Part shown: positions 20,514 to 29,710 of the stretch, piece after piece
Layout of the letters: the number at the start of each line of letters is the position of its first letter
Position numbering within the stretch: position 1 is the first letter of the stretch
Notes under the pieces: generated by a model
What the model was told of the DNA's origin: nothing
What the model saw: only the letters and a program-made list of their open reading frames with translations
Database searches by the model: none
Translations under genes and position numbers: made by a program
DNA from: a virus
Direction: 5' to 3' (one strand)
Virus record (IMG/VR): IMGVR_UViG_3300046697_000246
Coordinates: 9,291 to 73,290 of that record
DNA: 64,000 nucleotides

Positions 20514-20859
20514 GCTTCAACCACGCTGCCATCTGCCGTTCAAAAGTTCTTCGCGTGATCGGTGACAGGTGTTTGAACTTCACTTTGGCCGTCGCCTGTT
20601 TCCGCAAGAAGGCAACCGCCTTGGCAGTTGAGTTCAGGTCAAAGTTGCAACCACGGCAGAATGGTTTAAGGTGATCCATCGAGCCAGCCCACGTCAAACG
20701 GGATGCGATGCGGGCCACGTTTCGCAGAGACAAGCCAGAAGCGGCGGCAATCTGCGTCAGTGTCAGTCCCTTACCGTGTTCGTCACGCGCAAGTGCGCGC
20801 ACAAGGAATGGAGGCCAGTTCTCAAGTTCTTTCACGTCAATCAGCATGAACGCCTCCAT
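20494..20859 (-). CDS. HTH DNA-binding protein
   Basis: LTLTQIAAASGLSLRNVARI helix-turn-helix. Confidence 0.65.
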   Translation of the reverse strand: MEAFMLIDVKELENWPPFLVRALARDEHGKGLTLTQIAAASGLSLRNVARIASRLTWAGSMDHLKPFCRGCNFDLNSTAKAVAFLRKQATAKVKFKHLSPITRRTFERQMAAWLKLTQAKT

Positions 20860-21250
20860 TTCCGTTGCTCTTTTTCTTTCCGACTTGGGTTTGAATCGCC
20901 TCCCAGACCTCGCGCGTCACCTGACGGATTTTGCCGGCCATGTCCTGTAATTCAGGTGTCGGTTTGATGAAGGCTCCGGGGTTGTTAGCGTAACAGCAGG
21001 CGATCATTCCGGCATTGAGTTCAATCTGGCAATCCGGGCATACCGCTCCCTCACAAGTGCGTTCGGCTTTGATTTTGATGGTGATGAAGTCGAATGGCTT
21101 CAGGCAGATTTTACAGAGCTTGCGGGGAACGGTGTGCTCGACCGGCTTGCGGCGGTGCGGGATGCGGCCGCGACTGTCATTGCGCACATAATTGACGATG
21201 TTGCCAAGCAGCCGGTTAAGATTGCGCGGGGCTTTTGGGTCATCTGGCAT
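20837..21250 (-). CDS. hypothetical Zn-finger protein
   Basis: CKIC...CPDC; start placed at ATG 21250 because the upstream ATG lies within the promoter/operator. Confidence 0.6.
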   Translation of the reverse strand: MPDDPKAPRNLNRLLGNIVNYVRNDSRGRIPHRRKPVEHTVPRKLCKICLKPFDFITIKIKAERTCEGAVCPDCQIELNAGMIACCYANNPGAFIKPTPELQDMAGKIRQVTREVWEAIQTQVGKKKSNGNGGVHAD

Positions 21251-21258
21251 TTCGATTG

Positions 21259-21287
21259 ACTGTGCCACAACTGGCATTGGATGTCAA
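21259..21287 (-). promoter_or_regulatory. sigma70 promoter with operator in the spacer
   Basis: Minus strand TTGACA-17-CACAGT; operator at 21262-21277. Confidence 0.6.
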
Positions 21288-21289
21288 TG

Positions 21290-24200
21290 TCAAAACGTAA
21301 GGCGAGGACGATGTAACCGGAGCCGTGGCGCATGATGTCTAGCCAACGTCAGTCGCGGCCTTTTGAGCTTGGGTGCACGGTGACTGATTCTGAACGAAGA
21401 TGGCCGGGCGCGGCGCAGCTTGGAAATCCGAATCTTTGGAGTGGCGTAGTGCAGGCGCGCGGCGGACGTGCGGCGTCCGAGCGACACCCGGCGGGGTTTG
21501 GAACGTCCACCGGCGGGGGTATATCGCGCTGCCGTGGCTGCTGGGGCGGCTTTTCCTACACGGGCGGGCACTTGCACCCCAACTGCGGCCAAAGCCTGCG
21601 CGTTGGCCTGCTGGTAAGCGGCCTTGGCCTGCTGTGGCGTGGCTGATGACCCCAATTGGGCGAGATTTGCCTTCAAATACTGCCCGCGAAGCTCGGTGTA
21701 TTTGTCCAATTCAGCCGCCGTCATTGGCCGCATTGTGCCGCCGATGTCGTAACCCTTTGCGCCGTTGATGGATGGAGGACGGAAACCGCTTACAATCATG
21801 GCCTGATACGCCGCCGAATCAGCCTGATTTACGGCAGACTCGCCCGGCGACACGGGGAACGGATACGATCCGGCAGTAATCGCCTGGATGATGCGCTGGG
21901 CGTCGTTTGGCGTCCTGACGGGATCTCCCAAGGAATTGACCAGCCGCGCGCCGGAAGTGGGCAACGGCACGAGGTAATCGAACACAGACGCCATGTTCTT
22001 GTCCATCGAGACGCCCATCATGCGCGAAACCTCCTGATACATGGGAACGAGCGGCAAAAGCGGGCTTGCTAGTGCCGCCGCAGTTTTCCTCGCGTTTGGC
22101 ACCCCAAATTCGGAGTAACCGGACACGGCACCCGCCGCCGTTGAACCGCCTAAAATGGAGTTCCAAACCGCGGCGCCAGCAACAGCCAGCGTGTCGGCAA
22201 CGTAGTTGTGCGGGATTGGGCTTCGCGCCAGTCCTTTCGCATCAGCCGCGGCGTCGGCATTTTTCTGCTGTGCCGCCCTTGCATCGGCGAGTCCAGCCGC
22301 CGCGCCCGCGCCGGCCACATAAGGCGCAATCAGGGAGAACGGCCCCACCGTCATGCTGAACGGCGTGAATGTCCCGTCGTCATGCAGCCATTCCACCGTG
22401 CCGACCTTGTGCCCTTCTTCGATGAATCTGTCACGATCCTTTTTGTCGGTCGGGTATTTCAGTTGCACCTTCAACTTGTGATTTAGAATCATCAGGACAA
22501 CCGTGCTGCCGACGAGACTGCCGAAAACCGCCATTATCACGTTATGTTTCCGGTCAAGATCGGTTTCATTCGTGGCATGGGTTCCAACACCCTCCTTGCT
22601 GACATCACCCAAAAACAGTTTGTAGGCCGGAGTCAGGCGACCGTGAAAGTTTATCCCATTTCCGATGGCCTGTGAGAAATACGTCGGGATGAACGGCAGA
22701 TTATGTTTGACGGAGAATTGCCGCGCCGACTGCATCATCTTCGACACCGTTCCACCAAGGCTGCCCGCCGCCGGCGGAGACTGCCAAGCCTGGGACATAC
22801 GCTGGCGCAGGATGTAAGCCCGCATCGCATCGGACGGCAGCCCCATCAACTCCATCTTCTGATACATCCGTTCCTTGACCAGATAATCAGCGGCCTCGGC
22901 CAATTCAGTGTTGGGAGCCTTCTTCCCGTCCTCTGCAAACGTGCGCCCGGAATCTATCAGCGCGAGCGCCCATTCTTTCTTCATGTCGCCAAAGTTGCCA
23001 TTCCACGCCATCTCGCTTTCCGCGCGAGTCTTTCCGTTCTTCGCCATCTCGACAAAGAACTGATGACGCAGTTCTTGAAACTCGACTTCTTCGCCCTGGA
23101 ATGCGTCCAGCGCGCTCACGACGCGGATTGCGTATTTCCACTGGGCGATGAATCCGGTCATGGCCGCGCGTGAATAATCGCCCTTGGCGTAGTATTCCTT
23201 GGAAGCGAGTTCAGCGCGTTCCAGCGCGTTGATGCCCGTCATCATCCGGTCAATGTTTTGCTGTTTTCCGCGACCTGCCATCTGCGCCCGCGCCTGCCGC
23301 AGCCCCGGCCCCATAGATTGAATCCACTGTGATGCCGCTTCGGAATAAGCCTTGGAAACATTTTGATAAATGTCCAGTGGACGCCCCGCCTTTGCATTGG
23401 ACCCGATTAGCTCCCACGCCATTGCCGGCGGACGAGTGGCGATCAGGGTCAAATACTGAAATTGCGTGTGCAACAGGAGCCGGACTGGGAATCCCCATTT
23501 CGCCAGCAGGTTTGCCGTTGTGAATTCAATGACGGCCTTGGACGTGTTCCTGCCGGCATCGGTTGGGTTGAACCACGAGAACGGCGGGATGGCCTTGCGC
23601 GGATCGGCTGACAGCGGCTTGGTGAACTTTGCCCATTCACCAGCAAGTCGGCGGGTCAACTGGCTGATTTCGCTGGTGTTGATGGCTGTTCGTTCGCCAT
23701 TGCGTCTTTCAATTTCAGCCGCCTTATCTTTATCCGTGGACATGGTATCGGCCTGAATTCTGGCGCGCTCGGCTGGCGACACGGTTTGCAGGGATTGGAT
23801 TTTGGAAACCAGACCGCGCAGCTTTTCGACTTCTTCAGGTGAAGGCACATTCCAGCCGCGCAGCGCGGCAACCCGGCTCAACAACTGCCCGGTATCAGTT
23901 CCGCCCGCGTTGAAAAATTGGCTGATTCGATTCCACAGTTTAGAGTCGCCGGGCGGCATGGTCGCTATCTCGGCTGGAGTCATCGTTCTCACCGCCTCTT
24001 TCATTGCGCTTTCGCGGGCGAGCTTCAGGCGCGCGGTTAGCGCCGAATCCATCACTTTCCACGCGGCGGCGGCTTGTTCTGGCGGAACGCCAAGCTTGCC
24101 CACAAGTTGACGCATGAATTCGGCCTTCATGCCGGCCTGATCCGCCGTCGGAGTGGCGAGAATCTTTTTGACCAGATCGCTGACTTTCGGGAGCAGGTTG

Positions 24201-27200
24201 CGAATGGCCGATTTGCCAGCCACGCGGTTGATCATGTCACCGACGAGTCGCGGGTCGGCGAACAGACCGGCATTGACCTTTTGCGCCATCATTTCATCTG
24301 GCGTGAGTTTGTCCGGGTGCTTTGCAGCCTCGAACATCAGGTCGCGGACGCGCGGGCGAACAACGTCGTTGATCTGCTTCAACAACTGCTCGCGGATGAC
24401 GCCGGAAACCTGCTTTTTCGTCTCCGCCGATACACCATCCAAATCAATGTTGTCTTGGATGTTTTTCAGATAAGCATCCAGCACGCGCTGAACCTCGGCA
24501 TCGGGCTGTTTCGCCAGTTCTGTGATGCTGATGCGTGTATCCACCGGCTTGACCTTGGCCTGTTGGAAGCGCAAGCCTTTGAAATAACGCTCGGCGACGG
24601 AGCGCGCCAGCTTGACGGTGACGGGATCATACCCAGCCCATTCCTCGCGCATCCGTGCCCATTTCTCGAAGTTCGGCAGCTTCAATCCGGCCTCAATCTG
24701 CTCCGGTGTCGGCAGTTCACCCGCTTCGTAGCGGGCGTCAAGCTCGGCTATGGCATCGGCGTTGCCGGAAACCTCATTGCGCGCCGCCTGCTTGCCGGCC
24801 TCGATTTCGCCAGTCTCAACCGCCCGTTGAATTGCGGCTGTGATTTTGTCCTTGTTTGCGTCCGTGACCATCAGGCGCAACTTTTCCAGCGCGGACATCT
24901 TCTCTCCGGCCGGCGGCTCTTGGACGCCGTATTTCTTCAAAGATTCGAGGATGGTGTTCAATTCCTCTTGGAACAGGGCATTTTTCTCCATCTTGCCCGG
25001 TGAAGTCTTGGCCATACTCAACTTCTGCTGGACGGCGCGATACAGCCGGTCGCTCGCCGTCGCTTGATCGGCGGCAATCAGCTTGTTCAGGTCGGCTTCC
25101 ATGCTCGGATTGTCCTTGAGCATCTTCGCAATCTCGGCTTCGGTGAAGAATCCACGGAAATGCTCGACCAGCCGCTTGAAAAACGTCTCGTAAGCGCGCC
25201 CACCGAACGCCAGAGCGTAGGTCTTTTGCAGGAACACCGGGAGATTGGCCGCGACGGTGAGCAAATCCTTCTGGATGCCTTGAACGGAGCGCAACATCCA
25301 ACCGCGCCATGACGATTCACCGGATGAAATACCGATCAACTGGTTCGCCACGTCCTGCGACATGATTTTATACCAGCCGCCGTCGGGAGAGACGTTGTAA
25401 TTGATGAACCGGACGAGTGCGGACGAATAGGCCGGATCTCCGCCGGGCGAATTCTGCTGCTGGATGGCCTGCGTCAACTCCTCAATCAGCTTGCTCCCCT
25501 CGGCATCGTGGTTGAACCCGTCCGGGGTGAGCATGGCGACGTTTTCCTCGTGCGGCTCGACGGGGAGCTTCAGGGAATTGATGAAAGCCAGTGCGCGGGC
25601 ATCGCCTTGGCGCTTCTGCGCGGGTTGCAACAGGTCTTTGCCGAGCACCTTGTAATCGTTCCCGGCAATCTGCGTCTTGATGCCGTCATCTTGGTTGTCC
25701 GGCTCGGATTCGTCCGGCGGATTGGTCGAATACTTCGGTTCGCCTTGTCCCGTCAATTCCCCTTGAGATTTTGAGTATTCCGCCAAGGCGTCGGCCATTA
25801 CATTGCGAGCGTGTTCGACATCCTTGAAGAACCGGCTGGAACCATATTTTCGCTGATTCAGCCAGTCCATGATGCCGTTCATCCACTTCACCATTTCAGA
25901 AACAACCTTCTGGAAAGTGGATGGTGCTTTTTGCGCGAAGCGTTGCCAGAAGGCAGGCTCGGTGATTTGGTCACCAAGTAAATCCGCCAGCGTTTCTTCC
26001 TCAATATCCTCCGGCTTGTAATACTGACCGTATTGTTTTTCCTGTCTCTGGCGCGATGCGGCCAAGTCATCTTTCAAAGCAGACTGAACCTCGGCATACA
26101 AATCAGGACGCTGAACCTTCATCGCGTGAAGCAGTTCATGTGCTGCCGGCCTAATCCACGGGTGAGGATCGTCAGCATTTACGAACAGAACGTCAGGTCG
26201 CGAAGGCAGAAATATCCCGCCACGGCTTTCGCCTTGGATGTTATCCCGGAAGAAAACGATCCTTTTACCAAATAGTTGTGCAAATCCATCAACTCCTCCC
26301 TTGAGAAGTTCCAACAACTGTGGATCGTTTGGTCTGACAGCAACAAGAGAATCTCCTCTGGTGTAGCGCGGGTCTTTTGTGGTAACTGCTCGCCTTGCTG
26401 ATTCGACAAGGTTGGCATCAATGCTTGATTCATGGTCATCGTAACGGCCTTTCGGTTCGTTTGGTTCATTGGTTGAAAATTTGGGCGATTCCGGCGGTAT
26501 CGGCGGTTGCTGCGGCGCGGCGGGTTGCGCGGCCTGCTGCACCTGATTCAAAATGTCGTTCGCCTCTTGCGGCTTCATCGCGTTGATTTGCGCCTCTGTG
26601 TAGCCGCGCGCCTTCAAATCAACCGTCATCTGTTTTGTGATGAGCAGCGGAACTTTGACACCGCCTTTCGGAATTGGCGGAGCCGATTTCGGCCTTTCTA
26701 CCGGCTCATCTCCGTTCCAAATATCCGCCATGTCGCGGGCGTTTTCTTCAGTAGCCCCACCGTGGGCAATTTTTCCAGTCCTTGAATCTGTAACATCCCA
26801 AGCGCCAGATTTGTTTTGAGACGCAACGAAGCGTTTTCCAAGCGGTGCTTCTTTTTGAGTGACATCAATGCCTGTAAAATCATTCACGGCTTTCACTGAT
26901 AACGCAATCAACTTTTTGAAAACAGCCGCCTCCTTCGGGGTCAATCCTTGCGGAAGAATGCCCTTTGTAATGTAATCGCCAAAGCTCCACCCTTCCGCTT
27001 TGAAATTGTCCATCTTCTGAATGAAGGACTCTGAACTGAAAGTGGCGCGTTCTTCTGGTGTCAATTCTTCCGCAACCAACTCCTCCATCATGCCGGTGAC
27101 TTTTTCGTTGTCGCCAGCGTCAGCAGCTTTTTGAAGAAAGTCCTCAACGGCCTTGTTTTCAATCGCGTCCAAGCCGGATTCTTTTTGCAGCCTTGCACCC

Positions 27201-27406
27201 TCTTGAACGGCTTGATAGAGCGTTCTCCCTTTTGGATCGCGCCAAGTCTTGGCATCCAGCCCCAGCAAGCGGATGGAATTCTCAAGGTCTGGTAGGGTGT
27301 TATTGTTCCTGAAAAAAGCCACATAAGAGCGCGGCTCGCCAATGAATCCAACCAGCCGCTTCCAGGTGGCGGCACTTTTATTGGGACAGACAATGTTGAC
27401 TGGCAT
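21290..27406 (-). CDS. large polyvalent / ejected internal virion protein with zincin-like metallopeptidase motif
   Basis: 2038 aa, helical; AAHELLHAM...EETLAD (HExxH); Arg-rich C-terminal tail. Confidence 0.7.
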   Translation of the reverse strand: MPVNIVCPNKSAATWKRLVGFIGEPRSYVAFFRNNNTLPDLENSIRLLGLDAKTWRDPKGRTLYQAVQEGARLQKESGLDAIENKAVEDFLQKAADAGDNEKVTGMMEELVAEELTPEERATFSSESFIQKMDNFKAEGWSFGDYITKGILPQGLTPKEAAVFKKLIALSVKAVNDFTGIDVTQKEAPLGKRFVASQNKSGAWDVTDSRTGKIAHGGATEENARDMADIWNGDEPVERPKSAPPIPKGGVKVPLLITKQMTVDLKARGYTEAQINAMKPQEANDILNQVQQAAQPAAPQQPPIPPESPKFSTNEPNEPKGRYDDHESSIDANLVESARRAVTTKDPRYTRGDSLVAVRPNDPQLLELLKGGVDGFAQLFGKRIVFFRDNIQGESRGGIFLPSRPDVLFVNADDPHPWIRPAAHELLHAMKVQRPDLYAEVQSALKDDLAASRQRQEKQYGQYYKPEDIEEETLADLLGDQITEPAFWQRFAQKAPSTFQKVVSEMVKWMNGIMDWLNQRKYGSSRFFKDVEHARNVMADALAEYSKSQGELTGQGEPKYSTNPPDESEPDNQDDGIKTQIAGNDYKVLGKDLLQPAQKRQGDARALAFINSLKLPVEPHEENVAMLTPDGFNHDAEGSKLIEELTQAIQQQNSPGGDPAYSSALVRFINYNVSPDGGWYKIMSQDVANQLIGISSGESSWRGWMLRSVQGIQKDLLTVAANLPVFLQKTYALAFGGRAYETFFKRLVEHFRGFFTEAEIAKMLKDNPSMEADLNKLIAADQATASDRLYRAVQQKLSMAKTSPGKMEKNALFQEELNTILESLKKYGVQEPPAGEKMSALEKLRLMVTDANKDKITAAIQRAVETGEIEAGKQAARNEVSGNADAIAELDARYEAGELPTPEQIEAGLKLPNFEKWARMREEWAGYDPVTVKLARSVAERYFKGLRFQQAKVKPVDTRISITELAKQPDAEVQRVLDAYLKNIQDNIDLDGVSAETKKQVSGVIREQLLKQINDVVRPRVRDLMFEAAKHPDKLTPDEMMAQKVNAGLFADPRLVGDMINRVAGKSAIRNLLPKVSDLVKKILATPTADQAGMKAEFMRQLVGKLGVPPEQAAAAWKVMDSALTARLKLARESAMKEAVRTMTPAEIATMPPGDSKLWNRISQFFNAGGTDTGQLLSRVAALRGWNVPSPEEVEKLRGLVSKIQSLQTVSPAERARIQADTMSTDKDKAAEIERRNGERTAINTSEISQLTRRLAGEWAKFTKPLSADPRKAIPPFSWFNPTDAGRNTSKAVIEFTTANLLAKWGFPVRLLLHTQFQYLTLIATRPPAMAWELIGSNAKAGRPLDIYQNVSKAYSEAASQWIQSMGPGLRQARAQMAGRGKQQNIDRMMTGINALERAELASKEYYAKGDYSRAAMTGFIAQWKYAIRVVSALDAFQGEEVEFQELRHQFFVEMAKNGKTRAESEMAWNGNFGDMKKEWALALIDSGRTFAEDGKKAPNTELAEAADYLVKERMYQKMELMGLPSDAMRAYILRQRMSQAWQSPPAAGSLGGTVSKMMQSARQFSVKHNLPFIPTYFSQAIGNGINFHGRLTPAYKLFLGDVSKEGVGTHATNETDLDRKHNVIMAVFGSLVGSTVVLMILNHKLKVQLKYPTDKKDRDRFIEEGHKVGTVEWLHDDGTFTPFSMTVGPFSLIAPYVAGAGAAAGLADARAAQQKNADAAADAKGLARSPIPHNYVADTLAVAGAAVWNSILGGSTAAGAVSGYSEFGVPNARKTAAALASPLLPLVPMYQEVSRMMGVSMDKNMASVFDYLVPLPTSGARLVNSLGDPVRTPNDAQRIIQAITAGSYPFPVSPGESAVNQADSAAYQAMIVSGFRPPSINGAKGYDIGGTMRPMTAAELDKYTELRGQYLKANLAQLGSSATPQQAKAAYQQANAQALAAVGVQVPARVGKAAPAATAARYTPAGGRSKPRRVSLGRRTSAARLHYATPKIRISKLRRARPSSFRISHRAPKLKRPRLTLARHHAPRLRLHRPRLTF

Positions 27407-27420
27407 AAATCTTCACGTCA

Positions 27421-27449
27421 TTTATACACCGAAACCCGCTTGATTTCAA
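27421..27449 (-). promoter_or_regulatory. sigma70-like promoter for the 2038-aa gene
   Basis: Minus strand TTGAAA-17-TATAAA; back-to-back with the 27463 promoter. Confidence 0.55.
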
Positions 27450-27462
27450 GCAAAATTAGATG

Positions 27463-27491
27463 TTGACGCAGTATGCCAAATGTGGCATTGT
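27463..27491 (+). promoter_or_regulatory. sigma70 promoter with operator in the spacer
   Basis: TTGACG-17-CATTGT; ATGCCAAATGTGGCAT at 27473-27488; ATG at 27498. Confidence 0.6.
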
Positions 27492-27497
27492 GTGGAA

Positions 27498-27908
27498 ATG
27501 AAGCGAAAGCACAGGCTGGCCGTGACTCAAAACACCACTCCTCCGGGTGAGATTTTGTGGGCGCAATGCAAGGGCGCGTCAAAAAAGAAAATAGATGCGA
27601 TCAAACGCGAGATGCGGCGGGATTACAAGCGGTGGAAAAAGCCTTGCCCGAAGTTCACAAAAGCAGATTTTCAGCCGGCTTCGGAATATGAAAAAGGTAG
27701 CTTTTGGGTTCTCGTCACAAGTGAACGGTGGAGCGGTTTTGGTGTTAATGTTGGACTTAATAATTTACCTCAGATTGGTGATGCGCTCAATTTGAACTGG
27801 TGGAGGAGTCCAGCCGATTTTGCAATGGTTGAGGGGCGAAAAGTGCTAAAAGTGGAATATCCAAAACCCACAAAAAGTGATATAGTTAATGCGATAATTT
27901 ATGTCTAA
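27498..27908 (+). CDS. hypothetical moron protein
   Basis: AT-richer ORF opposite to its neighbours, with its own promoter. Confidence 0.6.
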   Translation: MKRKHRLAVTQNTTPPGEILWAQCKGASKKKIDAIKREMRRDYKRWKKPCPKFTKADFQPASEYEKGSFWVLVTSERWSGFGVNVGLNNLPQIGDALNLNWWRSPADFAMVEGRKVLKVEYPKPTKSDIVNAIIYV

Positions 27909-27945
27909 ATCCACTCTGGCAAATTGATGTCTGGGCAGACAATTT

Positions 27946-29178
27946 TCATTTCGATTTCTCCATCAGCTTTACGGCTTCGTCGAGCGCATCGCATTCGGCC
28001 TTCAACTGGTAGCCGCTGACCTTCTCCGCCGCGCCCTTCGCGCTGTCACAGGCTTCCTCGATGGTTGCACCGAGGCCAACAACGCTCGCCACTTCCTCGG
28101 CGTGCGTGTCGTCGGGGATACAATAATCCACGCCGTCAATTCGGCAATGATTGTAAATCTTCATCTGCTCCCTGATTTCTTCGGGGAACAGGATCGCCAA
28201 AGGATGATGCGTTGCCCACGGCGATTTGAAAATGATCTGCGCGACGAACTTCGCCTTTGTCTGCGCGTGAACCAAAACCCCTCCGGCACCTTCCCAAAGG
28301 ATTTCAGGCAGGTTGTCAAACGCTTGGCAGAACGTCTCACCCGCCGGGCTTGCGTGGCGCGCGGTAATATCAATCGGAAAACCGTTGCGAAGCTCGATTG
28401 ACCAGAATTGGCGATAGCCGTCCATGTGATAGGACAGCTTCGTGTTGGCATCCTTCACTTCCTTGGGCAACGAATCGTAATCCACCAGCTTCCCACAATA
28501 CGCCTTGTTTTTGATTTCAAACCCAAAGTAGGAGTTGTTCGGGAACTCGCCTTCAATGCAGTATCCGTCGTAGCCGACCTCGGCGGCATCCGGTATCTCC
28601 GCCTCGACGATGTAATCGAGCGTTTCCATGATCGGCCCGTGTTGCGCTTCCAACTCGTCCAACTGGCTTTTGACCTCGGTGTAGTTCTTGGATTCAAACG
28701 TCTCGGCCATGCCGCGGAAGGTGGAAATCTTCACGAACACATTCTCGTGCTTTTGCAAATACAGCCGCAAGTTGGTCATGCCGTGAATCTGCTGCGCCGG
28801 ATTTGACGGCAAGCCAACCTCTTTTATCAACCCCTTCGTTTTCCATCGGGCTTGCTCAAGGCTCGACTTCATGCCCGTCCCCCACACGCGCTTCCCGATG
28901 CTGCGAAGATATTCCTGCAAATCGCCGTCCCAGCAGTCCGGGAAGATGAACAGATCGTAGTCGTTCACCGCCGGCCAGAAGTATTTGAGCCGCGTCACTC
29001 CGAATTCATCAAGCCCGCTACCGACCGCCAATTCACGGCCATCGCAAAATCCATCCTGCCAAGGTCTGAAATAATCCACTTGCGCGAAAGTGTCTATTGC
29101 GGCAAGGCGCAGCGCGAGCGACACGAACAGGCCGTTGTCGTAGATCAAAACACGTTTCTTGGAAAGGTCTTCGCTCAT
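27946..29178 (-). CDS. ATP-grasp ligase, PurD (GAR synthetase)-like
   Basis: G..VWG....LE..R, VFVKI, IVE..I....EVG.DG; C-terminal VVG.G.TIEEA...A......V as in GARS_C. Confidence 0.75.
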   Translation of the reverse strand: MSEDLSKKRVLIYDNGLFVSLALRLAAIDTFAQVDYFRPWQDGFCDGRELAVGSGLDEFGVTRLKYFWPAVNDYDLFIFPDCWDGDLQEYLRSIGKRVWGTGMKSSLEQARWKTKGLIKEVGLPSNPAQQIHGMTNLRLYLQKHENVFVKISTFRGMAETFESKNYTEVKSQLDELEAQHGPIMETLDYIVEAEIPDAAEVGYDGYCIEGEFPNNSYFGFEIKNKAYCGKLVDYDSLPKEVKDANTKLSYHMDGYRQFWSIELRNGFPIDITARHASPAGETFCQAFDNLPEILWEGAGGVLVHAQTKAKFVAQIIFKSPWATHHPLAILFPEEIREQMKIYNHCRIDGVDYCIPDDTHAEEVASVVGLGATIEEACDSAKGAAEKVSGYQLKAECDALDEAVKLMEKSK

Positions 29179-29555
29179 GGCAATGCGTTGATAGCCTCCT
29201 CATACGTCGCCCAATCAACTCCCAACTCGGCTGCGAGCAATCTCTCCACCGTGGTTGCAAAAAAGTGTTCGCGCCGGTATGGGGCAAGCGCAGAATCTCC
29301 AGGTTCACTATTGTCACCGTCCGGCCTGCACTGCTCGTATTGCTTGTCGAAGGCGTCCACGAGCGCGCAGGTGATTCCCCTGTCCTCGCACAACGCCACT
29401 TCGAGCAATTCGTGGGTTGCCACGAGGAGGGCATATTTGTCGCCAATTTCTTCACTGACGCGAATGTGAAGAACGCCGTCGGCCTCGCGGCGCCAGTCCC
29501 CCACCGTGGGATACGGCTGTTCGGAGTGCGGAATTGTTTCGATCAAGATTTTCAT
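29175..29555 (-). CDS. small HExxE putative metalloprotein
   Basis: Y.TVGDW, ATHELLE, PY..EH.FA..VE; ATGA-coupled to the ATP-grasp gene. Confidence 0.65.
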   Translation of the reverse strand: MKILIETIPHSEQPYPTVGDWRREADGVLHIRVSEEIGDKYALLVATHELLEVALCEDRGITCALVDAFDKQYEQCRPDGDNSEPGDSALAPYRREHFFATTVERLLAAELGVDWATYEEAINALP

Positions 29556-29710
29556 GGCAATTTGGCTTTGAAAACTTTCGGCTCGCGTTTCTTCTTCGCC
29601 TCGGCGATGCGCTTGGCAAGGTCGAGCGGCAAGTCCCGAATCTCAACCGGCACGTCGCGCAGGTTCAAATACGGCGATGCGTCTTTCGGCTTGATCGGCT
29701 GGTTATTCAC
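29552..29710 (-). CDS. 52-aa hypothetical protein
   Basis: GTG start; stop overlaps the next ATG; fills the operon gap (below the ORF-track cutoff). Confidence 0.5.
   Translation of the reverse strand: MNNQPIKPKDASPYLNLRDVPVEIRDLPLDLAKRIAEAKKKREPKVFKAKLP

Noticed and set aside
27946-29178. Calling the ATP-grasp gene purD (auxiliary metabolic gene)
   Set aside because: Divergent, lacks the typical PurD N-terminal GxGGREH motif, and lies among virion genes; no symbol assigned.
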